Shown in pieces: positions 63,111 to 64,000 of a stretch of DNA of 64,000 bases. How positions within the stretch are numbered: the stretch's first letter is position 1; the number at the start of each line of letters is the position of its first letter. Position numbers and translations under genes: made by a program. The stretch is from contig OZ320316.1 in the NCBI GenBank assembly GCA_976226885.1, positions 26,040,001 to 26,104,000 on the forward strand, in the 5' to 3' direction. Under the pieces are notes generated by a model. The model was not told the DNA's origin, did not search any database, and saw nothing but the letters and a program-made list of their open reading frames with translations. The stretch comes from Iphione sp. A-MEVVRFRX5. Lineage: Eukaryota.

Positions 63111-64000
63111 CTACCAAACATGCGTGTGGGACGTGTCCTCGTCCCCATCTTCTGACATCAAATACTCACTGGGGATAACACCTACTGTTGACACACTTCC
63201 GCTCTTAGGTGGTAGCGGGATCGGCAAGCTACCTTTACCTTTGGATTCGGACAGCAGGGAGACTTGCGTGGATCGGACGGAATCTTCTCGTGAGACTGTG
63301 CTACACCCAGTTTTAGGGGTAGGAGGCAAGGGTCTCTTTACTCCTGAAGCGGCCAAATCCCGGAGTTCCATTGTAGACCTTTGCCTGCCTACTACCCGTC
63401 CAACTGGCTTAGTCCATTGACTTGTTAACCATCGTTTCTTCTTACATACACAACATAACACAATCGCGGTCAGAACACCAAGGATGGAAAAACTTGAGCC
63501 CACGGAAGAGCCTATTGTTAACTTTTTCTTTTCAAATGTTGGTGGTTTTACCCATAATGCCTGCGGGTCCCCAGCCTTTAATGTGAGCGGTGCATGCTCC
63601 ACTAGCCTTTTTACCTTTTTGAAGTCCTTCAACTGTTCAATTTTGAAGCCAAAATCAATGGTTTCCGCAGGTTTCGTTTCCTCAACGTTATCTAATGCAA
63701 TCTGTCGAATATACTCCCCAGCAACCCGCCATGAATCTGCTTCCGCTAGGCACCCAGGCCCTAGCTGAAGGATTCTTACTCTTCCGATCTTCTCACGTTT
63801 TTCCTGTTGACCCAAGCAATGTATAGAAAACTCTGAACCATTTCTTCCAGATAGTAAGTATGTGTTCCGTCTTAATTTATAGGCCACATTGGCCCGAGGG
63901 TCCGAAAATAGCCTAATTGTACAGGCTTTTAATTTCTCCTGTTGTCCAGTAATAATACCCGTCACACATTGCTCATGTTGGTGGTGGACCGCTGGTGGGC
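63111..64000 (-). CDS. Envelope/fusion glycoprotein C-terminal part (5' end beyond window) of a Gypsy/ERV-like element
   Basis: Frame open to the window edge. Cys spacing C...C.I...V.Y.L..N.Y...C...L.L.PGC.A resembles invertebrate env/F-type proteins. Single TM SFSILGVLTAIVLCCVC followed by KKKR and a cytoplasmic tail. Confidence 0.82.
   Translation of the reverse strand, partial: PPAVHHQHEQCVTGIITGQQEKLKACTIRLFSDPRANVAYKLRRNTYLLSGRNGSEFSIHCLGQQEKREKIGRVRILQLGPGCLAEADSWRVAGEYIRQIALDNVEETKPAETIDFGFKIEQLKDFKKVKRLVEHAPLTLKAGDPQALWVKPPTFEKKKLTIGSSVGSSFSILGVLTAIVLCCVCKKKRWLTSQWTKPVGRVVGRQRSTMELRDLAASGVKRPLPPTPKTGCSTVSREDSVRSTQVSLLSESKGKGSLPIPLPPKSGSVSTVGVIPSEYLMSEDGDEDTSHTHVW

Overview
AT-rich, transposon-laden animal (probably marine invertebrate) genomic DNA with two convergent host genes. 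Plus strand: the last two coding exons of NAMPT (8792-8914, 11231-11341). Minus strand (~18.4-60.4 kb): a nesprin-1/SYNE1-like gene. I traced it exon by exon with consistent splice phases: second CH domain, ~1180 aa of spectrin-like rod, an array of 18 tandem exon+intron units (27.2-34.9 kb) encoding an acidic ~43-53 aa repeat, a 2058-bp low-complexity exon, then canonical C-terminal nesprin spectrin repeats. No KASH exon could be found. Mobile elements: a decayed CR1-type LINE, a Tigger/pogo transposon with an intact ORF plus a 700-bp non-autonomous relative and seven smaller TA-flanked MITEs, a near-complete but mutated DIRS-order (Gag/RT-RH/tyrosine recombinase) retrotransposon and two older DIRS relics. 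At the right edge lies the 3' end of an envelope-bearing LTR retroelement. Between env and its 992-bp 3' LTR it carries an intact extra gene encoding a BTB-like plus RING-finger protein, the most novel-looking system here. All identifications come from reading motifs by eye; no database searches were run.
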